The notes under the pieces were generated by a model. It saw only the letters and a program-made list of their open reading frames with translations, was not told the origin of the DNA and made no database searches. A program made the position numbers and the translations under genes. From Chloroflexota bacterium (lineage in GTDB: Bacteria; Chloroflexota; UBA5177), in the NCBI GenBank assembly GCA_036732245.1, contig DAINCT010000001.1, positions 1 to 35,746 of the forward strand: DNA of 35,746 nt, read 5' to 3'. Every line of letters starts with the position of its first letter. Position 1 is the stretch's first letter. Shown in pieces: positions 1 through 8,423 of the stretch.

Positions 1-125
1 GGGCCAGCTCCCGCCACGACTGCTGCCGAAAGAGCGAGCACGGAACGACGACTCAGGCCACCGGTCTCGACGGTGGGTCGATCTTCGGACTTCCCCGATT
101 TTGCGCGTGACGAATACTGCTTCAT
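1..125 (-). CDS. 5' end of a gene running off the left edge; N-terminus looks like a twin-arginine (Tat) signal peptide
   Basis: Hand translation of the reverse strand from ATG (125-123): MKQYSSRAKSGKSEDRPTVETGGLSRRSVLALSAAVVAGAG... SRRSVL followed by a hydrophobic stretch is Tat-signal-like. It is absent from the ORF track because it is open at the window edge. Confidence 0.45.
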   Translation of the reverse strand, partial: MKQYSSRAKSGKSEDRPTVETGGLSRRSVLALSAAVVAGAG

Positions 126-1044
126 GTGCCCCCCAGTACGCCCGATGAAGATCGCTTCCAACATGCTATGGGTTCGCCATGCCCTTCGGCAATACTATGC
201 GAACGCATTGTTCCCCATCATCACGGGTGTGTACGCGCTCGACTGACATCCACACGCTCTCTATAGGTTGTCACGCTTCTGCGCACTGTTCACGCAGGCG
301 CGCAATCCCGTTCGTCTCCTACGAAAGTGTGGACTAAATGTCGGGTGACTTGCCCAGGGCGACGAAGAGGCCGCCCGAGAACGGGGCGACCCTCTTTTCC
401 GTCAGTCGGGCTGCGCCCCACCGGCACGGCCGTCACATCGCAGTCACCCAAGGGTGCGGGCACCCCGCGTTGCTGCGATGCGCCGGAACCGGCGCGGCAG
501 GGACCCCGCCTGATAACCCCGCCATGGCATAGAACAGAGCCGCCGGTTAAACGAAGAAGAGAGCCTGCCCGTTCGGGCGGCTCTCTTCTATGCCAGTGGG
601 CTGTACTAAGAACTGGATCAGCCCCGGAAACACTGGTGACTTTTCTGCAGCCCAGGAGCTCTTTCCTCTGCACCTCTTCGGGTTTTCCTCTTTTCGGTTT
701 CCTTCCATCCGCTATATGTGGAGGACGGTCGCGACAAGTTAGCCGACCAGACACCCGGTCGGCTGCGCTCCCCGCGCTAATGTCAGGATGGTGAGAAACC
801 ATCCGACGATCGACGTCGTTTTCGATCTTCGGTTGGTGACTCCAGCCGGCAGGGATCCGGAGACCCCTAATCTGAAGTTGAGGAAGTACCGCCAGATGCG
901 CGCGGTTCACATCGAGACGGCGGTCGGCCTCAGAGCCGCAATGGTCTGCGTCCTGGGCTACTCTCGCCCGGCGGCCGGCGTCCGTAGGCAAAATGCCCCA
1001 GTCCCCTGCACATTCCACCGAGCGACCCGGCTAGCGGGAATCTG

Positions 1045-1671
1045 ATGTTCGGTCGTGAGAGCCCTGAGCTGACTGGTCGTGCTTTCGCTCGGATTCTCGG
1101 GAAGCGAAAGGCCCATTATCCCGTCTCCGATGCCTACGAGCGGGACTATCTGTCCGGTCCAAGCCGGTGGACAAGCCAGCAGGAGCACGTGACTTCCTGG
1201 CTGGAAGAGCTAGATGGGCCCGGTGCGCATAACCGCTCGACTCGCGGCACCGGCAAATCGCACCTGCTCATCGCCCTCGGCACCGCGGCGGCCGAGAAAG
1301 GCTTCCGGGTCAAATACACCCTCGCCACACGCCTCGTGAACGAACTCGTCGAAGCCGCCGACGAAAAGAACCTGGCGCGCACCATCGCCCGCTACGGAAG
1401 AGTCGACCTGCTCATGATCGACGAACTCGGCTACATGGAACTCGACCGAAGAGGCGCCGAGCTGCTCTTCCAAGTCCTCACCGAACGGGAAGAAAACAAC
1501 TCGATCGCGATCGCCTCAAACGAGTCCTTCTCGGGCTGGACGAAGACCTTGACAGACCCGAGGCTCTGCGCTGCGATCGTTGACCGGCTGACATTCAACG
1601 GCACCATCATCGAGACCGGCACCGACTCCTACCGACTCGCTCACAGCCGACATCATCACGCCCAGCCCTAG
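1045..1671 (+). CDS. istB: IS21-family IstB-like AAA+ helper protein; N-terminal third degenerate, probably a relic
   Basis: Walker A-like GTGKSHLLIALG, Walker B LLMIDELGY, and the C-terminal ...NSIAIASNESFSGWTKT..DPRLCAAIVDRLTFNGTIIETGTDSYRL typical of IstB. Sequence upstream of the P-loop (DGPGAHNRSTR) does not fit the usual GPPGTGK context. No intact istA lies upstream. Confidence 0.75.
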   Translation: MFGRESPELTGRAFARILGKRKAHYPVSDAYERDYLSGPSRWTSQQEHVTSWLEELDGPGAHNRSTRGTGKSHLLIALGTAAAEKGFRVKYTLATRLVNELVEAADEKNLARTIARYGRVDLLMIDELGYMELDRRGAELLFQVLTEREENNSIAIASNESFSGWTKTLTDPRLCAAIVDRLTFNGTIIETGTDSYRLAHSRHHHAQP

Positions 1672-1762
1672 ATTCCCGGGCCGTGAGTGCCTTACAACTG
1701 GGCATTTGTCTTCCTCTGATCGAGGCTTCGCTCGAGGAAAACAGGAGATAGTCTGAGCCACT

Positions 1763-2326
1763 ATGAGAGGGGTCGACCGGGAAGTTGGTTACGTCCGGTT
1801 CGAGCATGTTGCCCCGGACGAAACTTGGGCTGAGATCGTGAGTCTCTTTGTCTCGAGCTTCGCGGCCCCTCCTTACAATGAATCACCAGACGAACTACAA
1901 AGCATCGACCAATGGGGCCCCGACAAACTGGCTAGTCCTGGTGGGCGACTTGTCGCGGCGAGCCACGATGGACACGTGATCGGCTTTGCGTTATCTCAGA
2001 GGCTTGACCAGGACAACTCCTGGCAGCGACGACTAAACGCAATGCTGCCAACGCTAGACGCGGCAATCACGCCATCGAGAACCGTTATTGTCCAGGAACT
2101 CGCCGTCGACGAAAGCTTTCGAGGCCGTGGGATAGCCAAACAATGCATCCGTGAACTCCTCTCGAACCGAACCGAACACGATGCCATCCTGGGTGTTTTT
2201 GGCCAAGCATCCCAGGTCCGAGAAATTTATGGACACTGGGGTTTTTCGGAGCTTGGGACCTCTCCCATTTACGGCGGAACCGTGACCCTGCATACCTTGC
2301 ATCACAAACTTCCCTGGCCGGCCTAG
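1763..2326 (+). CDS. GNAT family N-acetyltransferase
   Basis: 187-aa ORF. Acetyl-CoA binding motif A-like segment: IVQELAVDESFRGRGIAKQCIREL. Confidence 0.8.
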   Translation: MRGVDREVGYVRFEHVAPDETWAEIVSLFVSSFAAPPYNESPDELQSIDQWGPDKLASPGGRLVAASHDGHVIGFALSQRLDQDNSWQRRLNAMLPTLDAAITPSRTVIVQELAVDESFRGRGIAKQCIRELLSNRTEHDAILGVFGQASQVREIYGHWGFSELGTSPIYGGTVTLHTLHHKLPWPA

Positions 2327-2479
2327 TCATCCAGCCACGACCCGTCCCCGCAAAAGTCGCTTAGCTTGTCGAGCCGAATCGCCATAGTGACTGAATTGAG
2401 AACGCTGCTGCGGGGGACCCCCTGGACGCGATCGGAAGCGCCAGACGCGTCGTCATCGGCCGACCCATCACCTCTCGCC

Positions 2480-2529
2480 GGGTACGACTTAAATTGACTT
2501 CCTGGGTCCCATTTAGGTTGACATAGCCA
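2480..2529 (+). repeat. Copy A of a ~50-bp intergenic repeat (core CCTGGGTCCCA ... TTGACATAGCCA)
   Basis: Hand alignment with 5789-5838 gives 41 of 50 identical positions in the same orientation. Contains the 9-bp palindrome TGGGTCCCA. Confidence 0.7.
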
Positions 2530-2590
2530 GGACGCCGAGGATCGGTGCAGCCTCGCTCGATATCGATATACGAAACGGCCTCATTTTCGT

Positions 2591-3310
2591 CTAGAGCGAC
2601 TGGATCGTGATGATTGACTTTGCAGTCAGAGGTCCCCCGTGAGCCACGTATACGGTGGATTTCGCCGTCTGGGATATCCATTCGACACTTCGTTGCGCGG
2701 CTTGGCGGTCGGTCACAAACATTGGGCCGAGCGCGGTTCCTGGCCGGATTGCGCCGCCACTAATGGCATCCCCTGCGATAAGGGTGCCGTCGGCCAGCTG
2801 GATGGTAATCGAGCCTGCTGTGTGTCCGGGTGTCCAATGCGTTCGACCGATTCCTCCGAGGGTGGCGAGGTCTTCATCGTCTGTGAGTTGGATATCGGGC
2901 ATGGTGGCTGGGATGGAGTTGCGCACGACAATCTTTCGCAGGAGGCGCGCGAACGTGCGAGTGGGCGTGAGCTCGACACGATCGCCGCGGATGAGTTCCG
3001 GGGCGTCGAGGTGGTGAATGGCGATTCGCGCACCTGTCGCTTCTCGGAGAGCGTTGGCTGATCCGGAATGGTCAAAGTGATGATGCGTGAGAACGATCAA
3101 CTTGACGTCCGTGGGCTGGAAACCGATGGACTTGACCTTATCCAGGATGGCTTCCGACCGCCCGGGAGCGCCTGTGTCGACGAGCATGACGCGGTTGTCG
3201 TCCACCACGATGAAGGCCGTCGACATCATGTTTGAGACAGGAATGATTTCCAAGGAGTTCCTTCGCGCGGTCGACGTGCCGTCGATCATGGGTCGAATTG
3301 ATGGCGCCAT
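2591..3310 (-). CDS. MBL-fold metallo-hydrolase
   Basis: HHHFDHSG (HxHxDH) motif plus downstream His/Asp ligands. ATG at 3310 is preferred over the track start (GTG 3331) because AGGAAG lies 6-7 nt upstream. Confidence 0.85.
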   Translation of the reverse strand: MAPSIRPMIDGTSTARRNSLEIIPVSNMMSTAFIVVDDNRVMLVDTGAPGRSEAILDKVKSIGFQPTDVKLIVLTHHHFDHSGSANALREATGARIAIHHLDAPELIRGDRVELTPTRTFARLLRKIVVRNSIPATMPDIQLTDDEDLATLGGIGRTHWTPGHTAGSITIQLADGTLIAGDAISGGAIRPGTALGPMFVTDRQAAQRSVEWISQTAKSTVYVAHGGPLTAKSIITIQSL

Positions 3311-3359
3311 ATCGTGCTTCCTATTGGACACAGATCGGCCGGATTCTAAAAGTAAACAG

Positions 3360-3371
3360 GTGTAAGTACAC
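3360..3371. promoter_or_regulatory. Candidate TetR operator (palindrome GTGTA-AG-TACAC) in the divergent MBL/TetR intergenic region
   Basis: 12-bp dyad seen in the 3311-3451 divergent intergenic region. The role is inferred from position only. Confidence 0.3.
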
Positions 3372-3451
3372 TATTGTCAACTTTACAGCGCGCGAACCGG
3401 ACTCCTTGGGGCCTCGTGTATGTTTACGGGGGTAAAGTTGGGAATTTTGTC

Positions 3452-4111
3452 ATGGTTGAACGGCAACGGAACGCACGCGGCAGTGGAGCGCTGCTCCGGA
3501 GAGAGGTCCTCGACAGTGCTCAGCGCATCCTGGAGCGGACCGGCAACGAAGACGCGGTCACGCTCAGAGCTGTCGCACGCGAGGCGCGAATTTCAGCGCC
3601 CTCCATCTACTCCCACTTCGCAAGTAGCTCTGACATCCTCGACGCTCTGGTCGGAGAAACCTTCGCAAGCCTGATCGACATATTGACCGATGCCCGCGAT
3701 ACGTGGACTGCCCCCGTCGATCGACTCCTAGCGATTTCACTCGCCTACGTCCGGTTTGGGGACACGTACCCAGAACGGTACCTCACCCTCTTTGAGAGAC
3801 GGCGGAGCGTGGCGACCGCGAACCGCTACAAGGCCAACGGCATCGAATACGAAAGCACCCCAGGAGCGACGGCTTTCAACCTGCTGGCTGACGTACTGGA
3901 AGCCGCGATCCATCCCCATCCGTCGGCTGAAACCCCCAACGCGGTGGCGACGGAAGCAGCGATCTTTTGGTCCACGCTCCATGGCTACGTCACGCTCAAG
4001 GCCAGCTCACCCGGATTCCCATGGTTCCTGGACGCGGAGCAGATGTGCGCCGAACTCGTCACCCGGCTCCTGTTAACGCCGACCGAAAATAGGGCCAGTA
4101 TCGCCGATTGA
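3452..4111 (+). CDS. TetR/AcrR family transcriptional regulator
   Basis: N-terminal HTH TLRAVAREARISAPSIYSHFAS. ATG at 3452 (MVERQRNARG...) is preferred over the TTG at 3374 used in the track. Confidence 0.85.
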   Translation: MVERQRNARGSGALLRREVLDSAQRILERTGNEDAVTLRAVAREARISAPSIYSHFASSSDILDALVGETFASLIDILTDARDTWTAPVDRLLAISLAYVRFGDTYPERYLTLFERRRSVATANRYKANGIEYESTPGATAFNLLADVLEAAIHPHPSAETPNAVATEAAIFWSTLHGYVTLKASSPGFPWFLDAEQMCAELVTRLLLTPTENRASIAD

Positions 4112-4138
4112 AAACAGGGCCACCAACCAACATGGAGG

Positions 4139-4908
4139 GTGATCAATATGGATGATTGGGCGAGGATACGCCAGCTGTTTTCAACAGGCCAGCACTCGAA
4201 GCGGGAGATCGGTCGACTCGTCGGGGTCTGGCGGGGAACGGTTGATCGGGCGTTGGAATCGGATCGGCTGCCGAAGTATCAGCGGACGGCGACCGGCTCA
4301 AGTTTTGACGTGTTCGCGGCGCAGGTTCGGGTGTTGTTGGTCGCGATGCCGAGGATGGCCGCGTCGACGTTGGCGGAGCAGGTGGGCTGGTCGGGTTCGG
4401 CGTCGGTGTTCCGTGAGAAAGTTGCCGGGATTCGGCCGGAGTATGTGCGGCCGGACCCCGCGGACCGCTTCGTCCACGAGCCGGGCAAGCAGGCGCAGTG
4501 CGACTTGTGGTTCCCGCACGAGCCCCTGCCGCTGGGCCATGGCCAGGAGGGCACGCCACCGGTGTTGGTGATGACGTCGACGTTCTCTGGATTCTTCCAA
4601 GCGATCATGTTGCCGTCGCGGTCGACACCGGATCTGCTCGGCGGGATGTGGTCGCTGCTCCAAACCGCGCAGGCCGTGCCCCCCGCGGCTGCTCTGGGAC
4701 AACGAGACCGGTATCGGCCGGGGCAAACTCACCGAACGCGCGACCGCGTTCGCGGGCACGTTGGGCACCGAGATCAAGCTGCTCAAGGCCCGCGATCCGG
4801 AGTCCAAGGGCATGGTCGAGCGGCGCAACCGGTTCTTCCGCTCCTCGTTCATGCCGGGCCGGCACTTCGCGTCGCCGCAGGATTTCAACGAGCAAATGAG
4901 CCACTGGC
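4139..4908 (+). pseudogene. istA: istA transposase pseudogene (frameshift in C6 run at 4679-4684; 3' end deleted)
   Basis: The reading frame changes at the run gtgCCCCCCgcgg. DDE-region motifs (DNE...KG.VER) are only readable after a frame shift. Confidence 0.8.
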
Positions 4909-4911
4909 TGC

Positions 4912-5163
4912 ATGGAACTCGACCGACGAGGCGCCGAACTCCTCTTCCAAGTCCTCACCGAACGGGAAGAGAACAACTCCATCGCGATCGCCTCGAACGA
5001 GTCCTTCTCCGGCTGGACGAAAACCTTCACCGACCCGAGGCTCTGCGCCGCGATCGTTGACCGACTCACCTTCAACGGCACCATCATCGAGACAGGCACC
5101 AATTCCTATCGGCTCGCGCACACGAGGCAAAGCATCGCTGCCGGCTCCGCTTCAATGACCTGA
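4912..5163 (+). pseudogene. istB: istB 3' fragment (lacks Walker A/B region)
   Basis: The 83-aa ORF is homologous along its length to residues after LGYMELDRRG of the 1045-1671 copy, with numerous substitutions. Confidence 0.85.
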
Positions 5164-5168
5164 CAGTT

Positions 5169-5738
5169 TCAGGGCGTGACGACGGACCCTAGGGGCGGCA
5201 GATAGCCACGGGCCGCCGCGGCCGCCCGAGCCACGATCAGGGCCGGGTCGACGATTTCGCCATTCGCAATTGCAGTATCCAGGTCACTGACGCTCATGCG
5301 GACAAGCTGCACCTGTTCCGATGGGTCGGAACGGTCTGGGGTTCCTTTCCGTGTCCCGGCGTCGCAGACGAACACGTGGACAGGCCAGGCTGAGCGGCCC
5401 GGGTTGACGAAGAACGTGTGGAGCAAGGCAAGGTCATTGGGGACAAGCCCAAGTTCCTCTTCTAGCTCTCGACTCGCCGCCTCAGCTGGCATCTCGTCCT
5501 CGGCGCCCGCACCTCCCGGCAGGTCGTAGATCCAGCGGTTGATGGGATAGCGGTATTGCCGCGTCAGGAGCACAGCCCCGTCGTCGATGACGAGGGTGGC
5601 TACTGCGAACGGGATGCTCTCGTCGACTTCGTAGTGCGATCGAGAGCCGTCGGCGAACATCACCGCGTGATCCATGAGTCGAACGCGGCCTCGGTAAAGC
5701 TCTACTCGCTGCGTTGTCAGCCACGTCTGCTCGGTCAT
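5169..5738 (-). CDS. NUDIX hydrolase
   Basis: Complete Nudix box G-x5-E-x7-REUxEExGU: GAGAEDEMPAEAASRELEEELGL. Confidence 0.85.
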   Translation of the reverse strand: MTEQTWLTTQRVELYRGRVRLMDHAVMFADGSRSHYEVDESIPFAVATLVIDDGAVLLTRQYRYPINRWIYDLPGGAGAEDEMPAEAASRELEEELGLVPNDLALLHTFFVNPGRSAWPVHVFVCDAGTRKGTPDRSDPSEQVQLVRMSVSDLDTAIANGEIVDPALIVARAAAAARGYLPPLGSVVTP

Positions 5739-5788
5739 TGGACCACCGTATGACTAACGGAGCAAGAAGCTCTTCTGAACGCTCAAGT

Positions 5789-5838
5789 GGGTCCGGCTTA
5801 GATTGCCCACCTGGGTCCCAATTGGCTTGACATAGCCA
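5789..5838 (+). repeat. Copy B of the ~50-bp intergenic repeat
   Basis: See 2480-2529. Lies 51-100 nt upstream of the NUDIX start codon. Confidence 0.7.
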
Positions 5839-5983
5839 CCCCTTGACCCCCAGGGGCATTCGTTCGTGTACTCCCGTGCATTTTGCTGCGCTACGGACCT
5901 GTTATTTGCAGCGCCTTGCACTCCGGCGCACCGCAGGCTGTGCAAATTCTGTGCAATGGAGCGTGCGGTGCACAGGGCACACC

Positions 5984-6946
5984 TCACGCACGCGGATGCG
6001 GCCAGTCTGCGCCAGCGCTCTCGCGGATCAGACCGCGGACGAAGAACCGAAGTGGTCCGATGAAGGACTGGATAATCTCAACTTCGGGCCGCTCAACACT
6101 TCCATGAACGAGGTTGCTGCGGGCCGTGTAGCACCGAGTAAAGAACTTGTCCGGAGAGAGCTCAAGATAAGTCCGCTCCCCCAGCGAGCGAGCCAGGCGG
6201 CGACCAGCACTACCGATCGATTCATGCTTTAGCTGCCCGAGTGCTCCACGCAGCGAATTCGCGTCGTCGACTGCAGTCCCGCTCATCGAATCGAGGTGCG
6301 CACGGAGATGATCAATCACCGCGACCTGAGACACCGGGCGGTCGCCTGGGTCTATGAGCGCTTCGACCGCGATCATCAGCATGAGGAAGCGCGAGTCGGT
6401 GTCTCCGGGAGGCATGTTCTCCGCCGCTGAGAACATCTCGAAGGCAAGCTGCGTGCGAGAGTTAGGAACAAGCTCAGCGTCGTACGCGTCCTTGATCGCG
6501 TTTACTGTCCCGTTGGCATTCCGTCCGGCGATCACATCGGCTCTCATGCGCCCGAAGGTTGGCGGAGGGTACTCCGGAACCACCAGCAATCCCGGATCGT
6601 CGTTGTACGCGGCGACTTCCTGCCCCGCACTGATTGAGTCGAGCATGCCCTGAAAGAAGCCGCCACGCGGCGCTCTCATTTCGAAGTCGGCAGGAAGAAA
6701 CTCGGCAACAAACCCTAGGATCATGGCCCCTACCCATCGCTGACCGTCTTCGGTCGCGTCTTCGGCGGTCGCATATCCGAAGCCCCGGAGGGCGAACTCG
6801 CGGGCTTCCTTGACCGAGAGATCTGCATTCAGCGGGCGAATTGACACACGACGCTCGTGACCTTCACGGAGCACTAGTTCTGGTTCGTCGTGCTCGATGC
6901 GCTGTCCAACGGGGATTCGGAATCTGATCCGGAACGCGAACGTCAT
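5984..6946 (-). CDS. Hypothetical protein, 320 aa, with C-terminal HEPN-like R-x4-H motif (CYTARSNLVHG)
   Basis: Long ORF in a region visibly less G+C-rich than its surroundings (judged by eye). No family was recognised for the N-terminal two thirds. The C-terminal helical region carries RSNLVH, which matches the HEPN Rx4-6H signature. Confidence 0.55.
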   Translation of the reverse strand: MTFAFRIRFRIPVGQRIEHDEPELVLREGHERRVSIRPLNADLSVKEAREFALRGFGYATAEDATEDGQRWVGAMILGFVAEFLPADFEMRAPRGGFFQGMLDSISAGQEVAAYNDDPGLLVVPEYPPPTFGRMRADVIAGRNANGTVNAIKDAYDAELVPNSRTQLAFEMFSAAENMPPGDTDSRFLMLMIAVEALIDPGDRPVSQVAVIDHLRAHLDSMSGTAVDDANSLRGALGQLKHESIGSAGRRLARSLGERTYLELSPDKFFTRCYTARSNLVHGSVERPEVEIIQSFIGPLRFFVRGLIRESAGADWPHPRA

Positions 6947-6977
6947 GCTTGAGAGTAAGGCCCGCGACGAGAGCGGG

Positions 6978-7639
6978 CTAGAACCCGAAGTCCTTGTCGT
7001 CCAGCCACAGAGGCGCTGGCATGTTCTTTCGATACGAGGGGTGGATGAGGTCGAGGTGGTTGTAGAACTCCCCCCAGTTGCCGCTCAACTTCATGAGCGT
7101 AACGACAGACCCCAGGTGCTCGCGTAATTTTGGGTAGCCGATGTTCGAGGTGAGATGTTGGAACATCCCCGATCGAACGGCTTTCTTCTGCGCCTTCTTC
7201 AGTTCGTCCCGGACCCCTGGCGCGAGCCGGTCGTAGATGATGTCGTTCGTGAGGTTCGCGAAGTAGAGCGGGCGCTGCACCGAGGCTGGGTCGTAAGCGA
7301 TGTCGCGTAGCCGGAACAGTTCCCTGTAGAAGTCGTTTGGGAACGTCCTCACCCACGGCTGAAGCTCCTTGGCCACGAAGGCTTCGAGAATTCGACTGAG
7401 CGCATCTTTGGTCCTGATCTCCTGATAGCCGGTGGCCTCGTCCACGAGCGCGATAATTCCGACTGTGGCGAGCCCGCGCACGATCACTTCGGCCTGCCGA
7501 GCAATGTGCTGCTGGTTCGGCGGCAGGCTTCCGCCTTGGCGTGCAGCCAGGTATATCTCACAGATCACCGGAAGCAATTCCGCGCGGTAGCCGTCAAGGT
7601 CAACCAAACCGGGGGCAGTCCCGAACGGTATTGAGGCTA
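6978..7639 (-). CDS. P63C-domain-like (phage-associated) protein, N-terminally truncated; it is the 3' part of chimeric ORF 6978-8285
   Basis: The segment ...[60 protein letters not shown]...[16 protein letters not shown]... matches my recollection of the P63C family signature ([12 protein letters not shown].eFY). This is recollection, not a search result. Confidence 0.5.
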
Positions 7640-8236
7640 AGCCGGTGCGGAATCGACGAACCAGCAACGCCGTCACACCCTGGGCGATGTGGCAGCTCAT
7701 CAGGTGGTCGGCGATCGAGAGCCCGACCGGAACGGGACCGTCGTCCCGCGATCCGCTCAGCCACAGCATCCCCGACACCGACTGGGCCAGCAGGTCCTGC
7801 CCCGGGCGATCCTTCCACGGGCCGGTATCGCCGTAGCCCGTCGCGCTGGCGTAGACGAGGGCGGGATTGAGCGCGCGCACCGACTCGTAGTCGAGCCCGA
7901 TCCGTTCCATTACTCCCGGTCGGAAGTTCTGGATGATCACATCCGCCTTCGTGACGAGGTGCTTGACCCAGGCAAGGTCGTCCGCATCCTTCAGATCGGC
8001 CGCGACGCTCTCCTTGTTTCGATTCATCGCGTGGAACGAGATGGTGTCGCCGTCCGCCGACTTGCCGGCAAACGCCAGCGTGCGGCCAATGTCACCAACG
8101 CCGGGTCGCTCGATCTTGATGACCCGCGCCCCCAGGTCGGCGAGTCTCATGGCCGCGACGGGACGGGGCCTGCGAGAAACTGGCTGAAGTCGAGCACGAG
8201 GATGCCCTCGAGTGGTCGAACCCTGTCGTCCCCCAT
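7640..8236 (-). pseudogene. Family III (CaiB/BaiF-type) CoA-transferase, 5' half only, also frameshifted near its start
   Basis: The true N-terminus [25 protein letters not shown] is in another frame from ATG 8236. A 5-bp tandem duplication (ACGGG ACGGG, 8158-8167) shifts it into ...[22 protein letters not shown]... The family signature runs to ...[10 protein letters not shown] and then breaks into P63C-like sequence at about 7640. Confidence 0.75.
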
Positions 8237-8337
8237 CGGGCGTCGCCTCATCCAGTGATCTGTCGTTGCTCAATCGTTTGAGCACGGCTAGCGATTCACA
8301 CTGAAGAGGTCAACATCTTCGGCACGGTGACACGCAA

Positions 8338-8368
8338 GCGGCGCCGATCTTCTATAGATCGGCGCCGC
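8338..8368 (-). terminator. Perfect 13-bp stem / 5-nt loop hairpin downstream of the lectin-domain gene
   Basis: GCGGCGCCGATCT-tctat-AGATCGGCGCCGC. It lies 56 nt after the stop at 8424. There is no clear U-tract. Confidence 0.6.
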
Positions 8369-8423
8369 CTGGCGGCCCCCGAAGGCCGTTACGGAACTGG
8401 CACGGTTGCCCGCGGCGTACCCC

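Larger units (their letters stand above)
4139..5163 (+). mobile_element. Decayed IS21-family element: frameshifted istA fused by internal deletion to the 3' end of istB
   Basis: The IstA N-terminus (HTH, then ...QCDLWFP...) is in one frame up to about 4684. It continues in another frame (LLWDNETGIGRGK...DPESKGMVERRNRFF...FNEQMSHWL). From about 4906-4912 the sequence switches directly into the istB C-terminal region (MELDRRGAELLFQVLTEREENNSIAIASNESFSGW...). Confidence 0.85.

Noticed and set aside
290-1044. Possible group II intron, retron or other ribozyme-like element upstream of the istB relic (GTGCG-like start at about 454 and several strong hairpins).
   Set aside because: There is no reverse-transcriptase ORF. 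I found no domain V-like 34-nt hairpin with an AGC triad and GNRA loop, and no msr/msd-like layout. I retained only the alternative-helix observation.
4139-5158. The 339-aa ORF presented by the track as a single IS21 transposase.
   Set aside because: After about residue 180 the translation becomes Arg/Pro/Ser-rich nonsense. The genuine IstA continuation is in another frame, and the 3' part overlaps istB-derived sequence.
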